Origin: an uncultured Eubacteriales bacterium | GTDB lineage: Bacteria > Bacillota > Clostridia > Oscillospirales > CAG-272 | Reading direction: 5' to 3' | Length of the DNA stretch: 64,000 bases | Assembly (NCBI GenBank): GCA_934447715.1 | Contig: CAKSER010000006.1 | Span: 14,394 to 78,393, forward strand | Part shown: in pieces, positions 56,176 through 64,000 of the stretch | Position numbering within the stretch: position 1 is the first letter of the stretch | How the letters are laid out: each line of letters starts with the position of its first letter | Position numbers and translations under genes: made by a program | Notes under the pieces: generated by a model | What the model was told of the DNA's origin: nothing | Seen by the model: only the letters and a program-made list of their open reading frames with translations | Database searches by the model: none

Positions 56176-56423
56176 ATCATTATCTCCGTTTCGATTATTA
56201 TTTTTATCTGTTTTATTATTAACGTCCGATTCAGTATATTTTATATCTATTAGCAAAAAATTTCAAGAGCTTTATAGGGTATCCTGCTTATTTCTTTTGC
56301 TCCGAAGTCATTTTTTTTGCTTTTTTACTCTTTTCCGGTCATTTTTAAGCGCTTAAATCTTTTTAAATGCATTTTAATCCGTCCCAAACCGCTCTGCTTC
56401 CGGCTCTTAAAGCCGTTTTCGGA

Positions 56424-57659
56424 TCATTTGCTTTTTCCGAGAAGCATTTTAAGAGCATACTGAAGCTGATTGTCCATATCCTCTGTCAGCTTATAGAAAT
56501 TGACGCTCTTTGCCTCATCAGAAAGCTCAAGCTCGACGTCGGGGACAACTCCCTTTCCGTGATAGCTTTCGGAATACGGAGGAGAAAACTCCTTATAGGT
56601 AAGCGACATTCCGGAGCCGTCCTCGAAGCGCTGGATTACCTGCATTATTCCCTTTCCGTATGTCAGAGTCCCGATTACGGTTGCCTTGATCTGACCCTTA
56701 TGTGCATAATCCTTGACCGCGGAGGTGAAAAGCTCTGCCGCGCTTGCAGAATTCTCGTTTACAAGGATTGCAAGCTCCATATCAAGATAAGCAGCGTCGG
56801 AATATTCGGTTTCCTTGTTTCCCTTCGAGTCGGTCGTATTGATGATCGGTCCCTCCGGAAGAACAAAGTCAAGGGCTGTGAGAACGCTGTTCAGCTCTCC
56901 GCCCGGATTGTTTCTCAGATCAATAACAAGGCTTTTCGCACCGAGCTTTTTAAGCTCGTTTACCGCCGAAACAAAATGATCTCCGGTATTGTTGTCAAAC
57001 TCGGATATTCTTACAAATCCGACATTGCTTTCCTTTTTCGTGTCCGGATCGGTAAGCAGTCTGTATTCTACAGTCTCCTCTTCGATTGCGGCTCTGGTAA
57101 GGGTAAAGTCAATCTCCTTATTGTCCCTGATGACCGTAACCTTTACCTTGCTTCCCTCATCGCCCTTTATTTCCGCAAGTGCGCCGTAATATCCTAGCTC
57201 CTCGACTGTCTGACCCTCGATCTTATAGATCTTATCGCCGGGTTCAATGTCGGCCTCCATTGACGGCGAGCCGTTTATTACCGAAATTACCTCCATAAGG
57301 TAGTTTTCCGAATCGTATATCACATGAACGCCGATTCCGACAAACTTGGAATCCATGCCGTTCATCATCTCGTCCATATCCTCGCTTGAAAGATAGTAGG
57401 AATACTTATCTCCGAGCGCGCCGAAATATCCGTTGATCGCTCCCTCAAGAAGCGTTTTTTCATCCATCTCTCCGATATATTCGTCGCTTACAACCTTATC
57501 GATTTCAATCAGCTTTGAAAATTTGGAATACTGCGATACCTCCTCCGAAAGGCGGCTTGAAAAATTCTGTCCTATAAGCACAAGAGTAATTTCAAATGTT
57601 GCTACAATCGATGCCAGAGCAATGAGCACAACAGCATATACGGGCACTTTCTTTTGCAT
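56424..57659 (-). CDS. ctpA: S41-family carboxyl-terminal processing peptidase
   Basis: N-terminal TM, PDZ domain (PGDKIYKIEGQTV), NNPGGELNSV and VNENSASAAELF (catalytic Ser). Confidence 0.9.
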   Translation of the reverse strand: MQKKVPVYAVVLIALASIVATFEITLVLIGQNFSSRLSEEVSQYSKFSKLIEIDKVVSDEYIGEMDEKTLLEGAINGYFGALGDKYSYYLSSEDMDEMMNGMDSKFVGIGVHVIYDSENYLMEVISVINGSPSMEADIEPGDKIYKIEGQTVEELGYYGALAEIKGDEGSKVKVTVIRDNKEIDFTLTRAAIEEETVEYRLLTDPDTKKESNVGFVRISEFDNNTGDHFVSAVNELKKLGAKSLVIDLRNNPGGELNSVLTALDFVLPEGPIINTTDSKGNKETEYSDAAYLDMELAILVNENSASAAELFTSAVKDYAHKGQIKATVIGTLTYGKGIMQVIQRFEDGSGMSLTYKEFSPPYSESYHGKGVVPDVELELSDEAKSVNFYKLTEDMDNQLQYALKMLLGKSK

Positions 57660-57872
57660 TTACAATACCTCTGATAAAATATTAATCCGGCCGGACCTCG
57701 CCTGCCGAATCCGTTTATAACACTTGTAGAGATAAGGCAAGCCTTTTTAAAAAGCAAAGCCCTATCTCTACTGGGACCGAAGCCGTTTTAAAGCCCCGGT
57801 AAAATTATTTGACTGTTACTATTATATAAATGTAACCGTGAATTTTATATCAGTATTTTAAAAACCGACAAA

Positions 57873-59165
57873 TCAATACAAAGATACATACTTATATTTT
57901 CCGTTTGCGTCCTTTTCGGTGGGATCTACCCATTCGCCGTTATAGTTAAATTTGAGCACTCCCGGTGTAAACGGCTCGGTAAACTTACCGTTGTTTCTGA
58001 TCTCAAAGTGCAGATGCGCTCCGGTAACACGTCCGGTCGCTCCGACAAGTCCGATAACATCTCCGCGCTTTACGGTCTGTCCTGCCTTTACATACAGCTT
58101 GGAGCAGTGTGCATAAAGGGTTGCCTGTCCGCCTCCGTGGTCGATCAGTATGTAGTTTCCGTAGCTCGAATAGTTAACCGTCCAGTCGTTTGCGGTTACA
58201 ACGGTTCCGTCGTTTGCCGCGTAGATTTTTGCTCCGACCGGTGCCGGGATATCGTCTCCGCGGTGAACCTCATAGACTCCGAGCAAGGTTCTTCCGGCAG
58301 CAAGCGAGCTTATCCTATTATAGGTTGAATCGAGCGGCCATATGTAATCTCCTCCGACATACGGCTGAGTTTTCTGCGCAGCTATTTCCTTTAAAAGTTC
58401 CTCGATCTTGGCGTTTGCTTCCTCGTTTTCCTTTGCCGCAAGCCGTCTCTGCGTCTCTGCATCCTTTTCGTCCTTATTGATCTGGCTTAAAAGCGTGTTG
58501 AGCTCGGCGACCTTATTATTAAGATCTCTTTTATTTTCCTTCTGGGATGTTCTTATCTCCTCGGCGGCTGTTTTTTCGGTTGTAAGAGAATCTTTTACAT
58601 TATTGAGGTACTCTGCCTCGGTATCTATACTGTCGATAAGATCTCTTTCATATGTCAGAAGCGATCCGATCTTCTCGATTCTCATGAGGAAATCGATAAG
58701 GCTGTCCGCCTCGAGCAGCATTTCAAGATATCCGTGCTGTCCGTTTTCGTACGAATTCTTCATTTTATCAAGGAAGACTCCGTATCTTTCATTAAGGCTT
58801 GTATTCAGGACCGCAACATCGTTTTCCTTTGCCTTGATCATCTGTTCATACGATTTTATCAGCTCATCCTGCTCATCGATATTCTGCTCGATGATCTGAA
58901 TCTGCTTCTGAAGCTGATCCTTAAGTTCAAGCGTCGAATCTTCTTTTGCCTTGAGCTCCTTGATCTTGTTTTCGTATTCCTTGATCTTCCTGTCGTTTTC
59001 CTTGACCTTTTCGGCAAGAGCCTTTGCTGCTGCTTCGAGGTCTCCGACAGTATCGGCACTCGACTCCATCTTAAAAACAGCGGCAAAGATAAGGATAAGC
59101 GATATTACCGCCGTTATAACGGCAAGAAGCCGAAACGATCTGCTTTTATAAATGCTGGTATTCAA
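57873..59165 (-). CDS. coiled-coil M23-family peptidoglycan endopeptidase (PcsB/EnvC-like FtsEX partner)
   Basis: About 250 aa of N-terminal coiled coil, followed by M23 motifs HRGDDIPAPVGAKIYA, IDHGGGQATLYAH and GAHLHFEI. Confidence 0.85.
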   Translation of the reverse strand: MNTSIYKSRSFRLLAVITAVISLILIFAAVFKMESSADTVGDLEAAAKALAEKVKENDRKIKEYENKIKELKAKEDSTLELKDQLQKQIQIIEQNIDEQDELIKSYEQMIKAKENDVAVLNTSLNERYGVFLDKMKNSYENGQHGYLEMLLEADSLIDFLMRIEKIGSLLTYERDLIDSIDTEAEYLNNVKDSLTTEKTAAEEIRTSQKENKRDLNNKVAELNTLLSQINKDEKDAETQRRLAAKENEEANAKIEELLKEIAAQKTQPYVGGDYIWPLDSTYNRISSLAAGRTLLGVYEVHRGDDIPAPVGAKIYAANDGTVVTANDWTVNYSSYGNYILIDHGGGQATLYAHCSKLYVKAGQTVKRGDVIGLVGATGRVTGAHLHFEIRNNGKFTEPFTPGVLKFNYNGEWVDPTEKDANGKYKYVSLY

Positions 59166-59236
59166 GCCATACTCCTTTCATTCATGCATTCGTTAATATA
59201 GGCAGATACACGCTTGTATATACACAAATACAGGTC

Positions 59237-59336
59237 TTACGGGTTTGTTGGTTTTAGCTTGGTTTCTGTCCAGGCTGCTTGGCTGTCCTGCCCCCGGTCG
59301 TTTGGTTGCCCCGGTGTTTGGTTGCCATGCCCCCGG
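59237..59336 (-). repeat. second copy of the T-depleted repeat family, abutting the ftsX stop codon
   Basis: The minus-strand sense reads TAA-CCGGGGGCATGGCAACCAAACACCGGGGCAACCAAACGACCGGGGGCAGGACAGCCAAGCAGCC. It shares CCGGGGGCA, GGCAAC and the 12-mer CAGCCAAGCAGC with 8651-8830. There are 3 A in 96 nt on the plus strand, which equals T on the sense strand. Confidence 0.75.
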
Positions 59337-60755
59337 TTATGCTTTCAGATATTTTCTCATCGAAAGCTCGGAGCCGAGAACGCCGGTAATTACACCGACC
59401 GCGATAAATCCGAGGATTACATATGCTCTGAGCTGAGCAAACGGCAGTATGGAAATCATCTGCACGTCGGAAATGATCATCTTCTGGACATAGTTGTACA
59501 TATATGTCTGAAGCAGATATGCAATTACTCCGGACAAAAGTCCGATTATGATTCCCTCAAACAGGAACGGAAGCGAAATAAATGTCTTTGTCGCTCCGAC
59601 ATATCTCATGATTGATATCTCTTCTCTTCTTGCATAGACCGCAAGCTTGATTGTGTTGAGAATTACGAAGATACTTACGACAAAGAGTATCGCCGTAAAC
59701 CAGACGAATACAAGCGTCACGCCGTTTTTGAGGCTGGCAATGCTCTCGGCAAGATCCGAGCGGCAGCTGATCTTCTCGATTCCTTCGATATGCGCAAGCT
59801 GATATTCGAGATTGTCAACTCCGTCGTTGTCCTCATAGTTTATTATGAAGGTGTCCGGATACGGGTTTTCTCCCTCTCCCAAGGTATCGAAAAGATCCTT
59901 GTACTCCTCATATTTTTCCATCTCGCTCTTCAGCGTTTCTTCCTTCGAGATGAATTCAATACTCTTTATATTGTCGAGCTTATCGATTTCGTTTCTGATT
60001 GCGGCAAGCTTTACACTGTTGTCGGTCGGAACCTCTGCCACCTCCACACCGTTCGGATCGTAGCTTATTCTGTATTCCGAGAATGTCGGTGTCTCGCTCC
60101 AGACCGCATAGAAGTTGATCACTCCTCCGACGGCATCCTCCGCCTTTACGGTATATGCTCCGTTTGCCTCATATTCGGCACTTCCGCCCGGCTTTGTTGT
60201 CCAGCCGAGAAATTCTATTGCACTGAAGCGCACCGAAATTGCATCCGGCATCGGCACTCCGTCTCCGACGTTATAAACCTTGTCGTCTGTCGGCATTGTG
60301 CCGCTGATCGTAAAGCCTCCGGAATTGTATTTTACCTTGTAGCCCTCTGTTTTCGCAGCTCCCGACCATACGGCATAGAAGGTTACCTTTCCGTAAACCG
60401 AATCGGCTGCCGAGACGGTATATTTTCCGCCTGCCGGGTACTCTGCCTCGGTTGCATCCGGAGAGGTCGACCAGCCAAGGAAGGTTGCACCCGAATCGGC
60501 TGCCTTGAGCGCCGTTGCAAGCGACGCCTCATCCCCCTCGACGTATGTATCCTTTGTATCCGCAAATGCCGCAATAGAGTTGAGATCTCCGAGATTTTCG
60601 AGATTGTAGTTGATATTTACAACAAGCAATCCGAAGCTGCCCATTACAATCAGGCAGGAGATCAGGACCGTGATCGAAGCAAGCGACATTACTCCGTTTC
60701 TCCAAAGCCCCTTAAAGCTCTGTCCGATGAAATATGAAAAACTATACCTGCGCAT
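59337..60755 (-). CDS. ftsX: cell division permease FtsX with enlarged extracellular domain
   Basis: The N-terminus SFKGLWRNGVMSLASI and the C-terminal three TMs (RYVGATKTFISLPFLFEG) are FtsX-like. The extracellular domain carries about 180 extra aa with F-LGW-...-Y-...-FYAVW repeats. Confidence 0.85.
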   Translation of the reverse strand: MRRYSFSYFIGQSFKGLWRNGVMSLASITVLISCLIVMGSFGLLVVNINYNLENLGDLNSIAAFADTKDTYVEGDEASLATALKAADSGATFLGWSTSPDATEAEYPAGGKYTVSAADSVYGKVTFYAVWSGAAKTEGYKVKYNSGGFTISGTMPTDDKVYNVGDGVPMPDAISVRFSAIEFLGWTTKPGGSAEYEANGAYTVKAEDAVGGVINFYAVWSETPTFSEYRISYDPNGVEVAEVPTDNSVKLAAIRNEIDKLDNIKSIEFISKEETLKSEMEKYEEYKDLFDTLGEGENPYPDTFIINYEDNDGVDNLEYQLAHIEGIEKISCRSDLAESIASLKNGVTLVFVWFTAILFVVSIFVILNTIKLAVYARREEISIMRYVGATKTFISLPFLFEGIIIGLLSGVIAYLLQTYMYNYVQKMIISDVQMISILPFAQLRAYVILGFIAVGVITGVLGSELSMRKYLKA

Positions 60756-61428
60756 CGAACATACCTCCTACTCCGTCACTTGTTATCTTTCCGTCAGACA
60801 GGGTGACGACTCTCTGCTGGAAGTAGTCGACAAGCGCCTTTTCGTGTGTTACGACGATAACCGTCTTGCCTCTTTTATTGATCTTTACAAGAAGATTCAT
60901 TATCTCAAGGCTGAGCTTCGGATCGATATTTCCGGTGGGCTCGTCCGCGATTATATACTTCGGGTTGTTTGCAAGCGCTCTTGCAAGCGCGACTCTCTGC
61001 TGCTCTCCTCCGGAAAGCTCGCTCGGGAAGCATTTCTGCTTGTCCTGCAGGCCTACAATTCCGAGAATTGTCGGAACCCTCTTTTTAATCACCCTTCTCG
61101 GCTCTCCGATTACCCTCATGGCAAAGGCGACGTTTTCGAACACCGTCATTCCGGGAAACAGCCTGAAGTCCTGAAAGACGACTCCGAGCTGGCGTCTGAA
61201 ATATGGAACCTTGTATTCCGACATCTTCGAAAGATCAAAGTCGTCGAAAATCAGCTTTCCGCTTGTCACCTTCTCTTCTCTGAAAAGAAGCTTCAGCATC
61301 GTTGACTTTCCGGCTCCCGAATCTCCGACGATAAATACAAACTCGCCGTCTTCGATCTTAAGGTCAACCCCGTCAAGCGCCACAGTGCCGTTCTGGTAGA
61401 CCTTTGTTACATTACTGAATTCTATCAT
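60742..61428 (-). CDS. ftsE: cell division ATP-binding protein FtsE
   Basis: Motifs GDSGAGKST, LSGGEQQRVALARAL and IIADEPTGNID. Confidence 0.95.
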   Translation of the reverse strand: MIEFSNVTKVYQNGTVALDGVDLKIEDGEFVFIVGDSGAGKSTMLKLLFREEKVTSGKLIFDDFDLSKMSEYKVPYFRRQLGVVFQDFRLFPGMTVFENVAFAMRVIGEPRRVIKKRVPTILGIVGLQDKQKCFPSELSGGEQQRVALARALANNPKYIIADEPTGNIDPKLSLEIMNLLVKINKRGKTVIVVTHEKALVDYFQQRVVTLSDGKITSDGVGGMFDAQV

Positions 61429-61493
61429 AGTTTTTTCTTTCCTTAAAATCCGAATCCTTTTGCGAAATATTTAAATTATATATTTTCAAAAGC

Positions 61494-62579
61494 TCAGAAC
61501 TTGTCCGGTCTGGTATCAAGATATTTTCTTACCATAAGAGCAACCTTGAAGGTTATCGCGTGGTCAAACTCGCGCAGATCGAGCCCTGTAAGCTTTCTGA
61601 TCTTCTCAAGACGGTAAACAAGAGTGTTTCTGTGTACAAAAAGCTTTCTCGAGGTCTCCGAGACATTCAGGTTGTTCTCGAAGAAGCACTGAATTGTCTG
61701 AAGCGTCTCTCTGTCAAGCTGATCGATCGAGCCCTTCTTGAACACCTCTTCAAGATACATCTCGCAGAGCGTTGTCGGAAGCTGATAAATAAGTCTTCCG
61801 ATTCCGAGGTTCTCATAGAACATGATATTCTTCTCGGTGTCGAAAACCTTTCCGACCTCAAGAGCCATTCTTGCCTCCTTGAAGGATCTCGAAAGGTCCT
61901 TGATTGTGTCGACCGCGGTTCCGATACCGATCGAAACCTTGGTATAAAACTCCGAGCCGAGCGTGTCAACGATCGAATTTGCAAGCTTTTCGATCTGCTT
62001 TACATCATAGTTCGGCTTGACCTCCTTGACAAGGACGATATCGTTTTCCTTTATGCTGATTACATAGTCCTTGTTTCTGTCCGGGAACATGTTCTGCACC
62101 ATCTGGTAAGGAAGCATATCTCCCTTTCCGGTGAACTTAATGAGCATGACGATTCTGTATATATCGCTCGGGAAATGAAGCTCCTTGGATTTGATATAGA
62201 TATCCGCCTGTAAAATGTTATCGAGAATTACATTCTTGATAAAGGATGCCTTGTCATACTTTTCATCGTAAAGATTCTTAAGCTCTCCGAGCGTAACCGA
62301 AAGGATCGAAGCAAGCCTTTCCGCGGTCTTGTCCTCACCCTCGACAAATATCATATATTCAGCCTTTGACGCTGTTCCGACCGGCTTGTATGTATATCCG
62401 TCCAACGTAATCAGATCGGCAGAATAGGACTTTTCATCTCTGATTTCCTGTCTTGTTCCTCCGATAGCAGACGGATCGCTGCAGGAGATAATTGCACCGT
62501 TTTCGTCAAGAACTCCTATCACACGGTCCACCATATCTTTCATTTGATGAATAACGCCTTGAAACAATCTGTTGGACAT
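61494..62579 (-). CDS. CdaR/PucR-family transcriptional regulator
   Basis: The N-terminus is Diacid_rec-like (DRVIGVLDENGAIISCSDPSAIG). The C-terminus is a PucR HTH (LNVSETSRKLFVHRNTLVYRLEKIRKLTGLDL). I chose the ATG at 62579, after AGGAGGAAAG. Confidence 0.8.
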   Translation of the reverse strand: MSNRLFQGVIHQMKDMVDRVIGVLDENGAIISCSDPSAIGGTRQEIRDEKSYSADLITLDGYTYKPVGTASKAEYMIFVEGEDKTAERLASILSVTLGELKNLYDEKYDKASFIKNVILDNILQADIYIKSKELHFPSDIYRIVMLIKFTGKGDMLPYQMVQNMFPDRNKDYVISIKENDIVLVKEVKPNYDVKQIEKLANSIVDTLGSEFYTKVSIGIGTAVDTIKDLSRSFKEARMALEVGKVFDTEKNIMFYENLGIGRLIYQLPTTLCEMYLEEVFKKGSIDQLDRETLQTIQCFFENNLNVSETSRKLFVHRNTLVYRLEKIRKLTGLDLREFDHAITFKVALMVRKYLDTRPDKF

Positions 62580-62649
62580 ACTTTCCTCCTGAAAAACAAA
62601 TAAAAAATTAGTCGATATATTCACCGTAAAACGACAATATTATATGCTT

Positions 62650-62678
62650 ATCATACACGATTTGCTCTCAAAAGTCAA
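62650..62678 (-). promoter_or_regulatory. sigmaA-type promoter of cdaR-like/ftsEX operon
   Basis: On the minus strand: TTGACT (62678-62673), 17-nt spacer, TATGAT (62655-62650). Confidence 0.5.
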
Positions 62679-62899
62679 TCATTTTTGCTTCGTTTTTGTA
62701 AACATTCATGATTTTATTATTAAATTTACACAAAATTATCAATTTGCTGTAGTCTATTATGCGATAAAAAATGAGCTGCAAAGAAAGGACTGCATAAGAG
62801 ACAAAAATGTGCAATACTCCGGTTTCCCACACACAATGAGGAAAAGTACACCCCGCGAAAAGCAGCGCCATAACAGGCATTACGCAGCCTTTGCACATT

Positions 62900-63054
62900 T
62901 TTTCCACCGGGAACCTGCAGACTTTTCCACACCCTTTTCCACATGGCTTTAAACCGCCTCGGCAGACCTATAGGGCAAAAAAGAACAGCGGAGTGATTAT
63001 ACTCCGCTGCCCGATTGCCGATAATCGATAATAATTGATAATAAATGTGGATAA
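62900..63054. promoter_or_regulatory. cluster of DnaA-box-like 9-mers
   Basis: TTTTCCACC (62900), TTTTCCACA (62923), TTTTCCACA (62935) and a perfect TGTGGATAA (63046-63054, reverse orientation). The consensus is TTATCCACA. Confidence 0.3.
62973..63009 (-). terminator. terminator after DUF4177 gene
   Basis: CAGCGGAGT-ataatc-ACTCCGCTG followed by TTCTTTTTTGCCC on the minus strand. Confidence 0.8.
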
Positions 63055-63070
63055 ATACTCAAAAGGAATA

Positions 63071-63325
63071 TCAGATCTTCTCAAAAACAAGAGTTGCCTG
63101 AATGCGGTCGCCGCCGAGCAGTCCCTTGCTTCCGCCGTTTGAGGTGGTGATTGTGTGCAGGCGGTATCCCTTTGCTGCCTGGTCGTTGATGCATTTTTCA
63201 AGCTCGACGAGGTTCCCGGAGCCTGTTCCGATAAACTTCTCCTTTAATGTCACCTGCAGAACGACATACTGCAGACCGGACTGTCCGGAAGCGGTTGAAA
63301 AGGTCGACGAATCATCGTAGTTCAT
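63071..63325 (-). CDS. DUF4177-like small protein
   Basis: LQYVVLQV...LVELEKCINDQAAKGYRLHTITT...ATLVFEKI matches the DUF4177 pattern. I chose the ATG at 63325, after GGGGGAAA. Confidence 0.55.
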   Translation of the reverse strand: MNYDDSSTFSTASGQSGLQYVVLQVTLKEKFIGTGSGNLVELEKCINDQAAKGYRLHTITTSNGGSKGLLGGDRIQATLVFEKI

Positions 63326-63491
63326 AATGTTTTCCCCCTTTAAAATCAACAAATAAGCAAAAATGGATAATTATGTATCCGCTTACATTAATTATATCAC
63401 GCACTGCCTATTATTGCAAGTAAAAATTGCAGAAATACGGCAAAATTTGTCACAAATCCGCCGTTTTTCCGGATGCTGTCTTAGCAGCCGC

Positions 63492-63520
63492 TTGACTTTA
63501 TATCTTAAAGAGTATATCAT
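63492..63520 (+). promoter_or_regulatory. sigmaA-type promoter of the terminal partial gene
   Basis: TTGACT (63492-63497), 17-nt spacer, TATCAT (63515-63520). Confidence 0.5.
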
Positions 63521-63580
63521 AATTGAAGTGTACTATATTAAGGAAGACAACGAAAGCACGCATATAAAAAGGAAGTCAAA

Positions 63581-64000
63581 ATGATACTTGTAGAGTTTTT
63601 CGAAAAGGACGCAATAGAGAACATCTGCTCCAGCCTGGTTTCGGCGCCGGAAAAGGTCATTTTCATCGGACCGAACAAAAAGCTGATGGCAGCACATGCT
63701 GCAAAATATGAGGGAGTTTTGTCCGACCGTGGGGTAAATACCGAATTTTCGGTTAAAGCCGTAGGAAAAAACAACCTGCAGAGCATTATCGACGTCCTTT
63801 CGGCTCTGGTGGAGGAAAACACCGAATGCGTGTTCGACCTTACCGGAGGAGACGAGCTGTATCTTACCGCGCTCGGCGTTGTATACGAAAGATACAAAAG
63901 CACCGGGAAAATCAAACTGCACCGTTTTTCGGTTGCAAGCAACACGATAATCGACTGTGACCAGGACGGAAGCACGATTTCAAGCGGAAGGGCTCCGCAG
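63581..64000 (+). CDS. partial gene (N-terminal 140 aa), possibly CARF/Card1 (DUF1887)-like Rossmann domain
   Basis: Not in the ORF track because it is open at the window end. My translation is MILVEFFEKDAIENICSSLVSAPEKVIFIGPNKKLMAAHAAKYEGVLSDRGVNTEFSVKAVGKNNLQSIIDVLSALVEENTECVFDLTGGDELYLTALGVVYERY..., with an AGGAAG SD. The alternating strand/helix pattern and the DLTGG loop resemble DUF1887/Card1 N-termini as I remember them. Confidence 0.45.
   Translation, partial: MILVEFFEKDAIENICSSLVSAPEKVIFIGPNKKLMAAHAAKYEGVLSDRGVNTEFSVKAVGKNNLQSIIDVLSALVEENTECVFDLTGGDELYLTALGVVYERYKSTGKIKLHRFSVASNTIIDCDQDGSTISSGRAPQ

Noticed and set aside
62644-62952. Small ORFs in the cdaR-DUF4177 spacer: 62644-62952 (plus), 62668-62907 (minus) and 62726-62944 (minus).
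   Set aside because: - They are AT-rich promoter-region translations with no RBS.
- They are mutually overlapping and have no recognisable motifs.
62625-63070. Chromosomal replication origin (oriC).
   Set aside because: - No dnaA or dnaN is nearby.
- There are only about five boxes, of which just one is perfect.
- There is no clear AT-rich DUE with 13-mer repeats, and flanking genes do not switch strand here.
- At most this is a secondary DnaA-box cluster.

Overview
This window looks like chromosomal DNA from a Firmicutes/Clostridia-type genome; that assignment is inferred from gene content and order. Most of it is housekeeping.

Gene content, in order:
- 1-12.1 kb: recG (open at the window start), a PH-domain protein, a DtxR-family repressor, a decayed MoxR-ATPase remnant, rimM-trmD, a 665-aa polytopic membrane protein with two tandem DUF4330-like paralogs, ptsH (HPr), uvrC, and rsmD-coaD.
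- 12.2-26.5 kb: a division/cell-wall (dcw) cluster, mraZ-rsmH-ftsL-pbp(PASTA)-murE-murF-mraY-ftsW-murG-ftsQ-ftsZ. It has a recognisable sigmaA promoter and a triple MraZ box. No murD, murC or ftsA is present in the cluster.
- 27-31 kb: small metabolic genes and a zeta/COG4185-type toxin with a small upstream partner.
- 31-38 kb (minus strand): aspS and a livJHMGF-type ABC operon.
- 38-53.5 kb, an accessory-looking stretch: a Zn-ribbon/TPM membrane pair, an ECF sigma/anti-sigma/lipoprotein module, a LexA-like/Y-family polymerase/YolD cassette, a GH36-like hydrolase with a DMT transporter, and HTH regulators with a GNAT acetyltransferase.
- 53.6-62.6 kb (minus strand): greA-lysS and cdaR-like-ftsE-ftsX-M23 peptidase-ctpA.
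- 63-64 kb: a DUF4177 gene and a partial gene that runs off the window end.

I found no rRNA, tRNA, CRISPR array, transposase or integrase.

I cannot point to a complete, clearly novel multi-gene system. The most unusual signals are mostly non-coding or architectural:
1. A T-depleted, G-tract/SD-like-rich repeat family that abuts the stop codons of ptsH and ftsX in sense orientation.
2. A 282-bp MITE-like element with about 31-bp inverted ends splitting ftsW from murG. A 'loop-less' 24-bp perfect palindrome of the same end sequence sits in the leader of a 581-aa HTH gene.
3. A three-hairpin composite palindromic repeat, present three times in tandem after ftsZ and once more at 41.1 kb.
4. A perfect Cheo/LexA-type box upstream of the dcw promoter.
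5. FtsX with a roughly 180-aa Listeria-Bacteroides-repeat insertion in its extracellular domain.
6. LysRS fused to a C-terminal Trbp111/CsaA-type tRNA-binding domain.
7. A truncated gene at the window end whose N-terminus looks CARF/Card1-like.

All functional calls come from reading motifs by eye. No database search was run.
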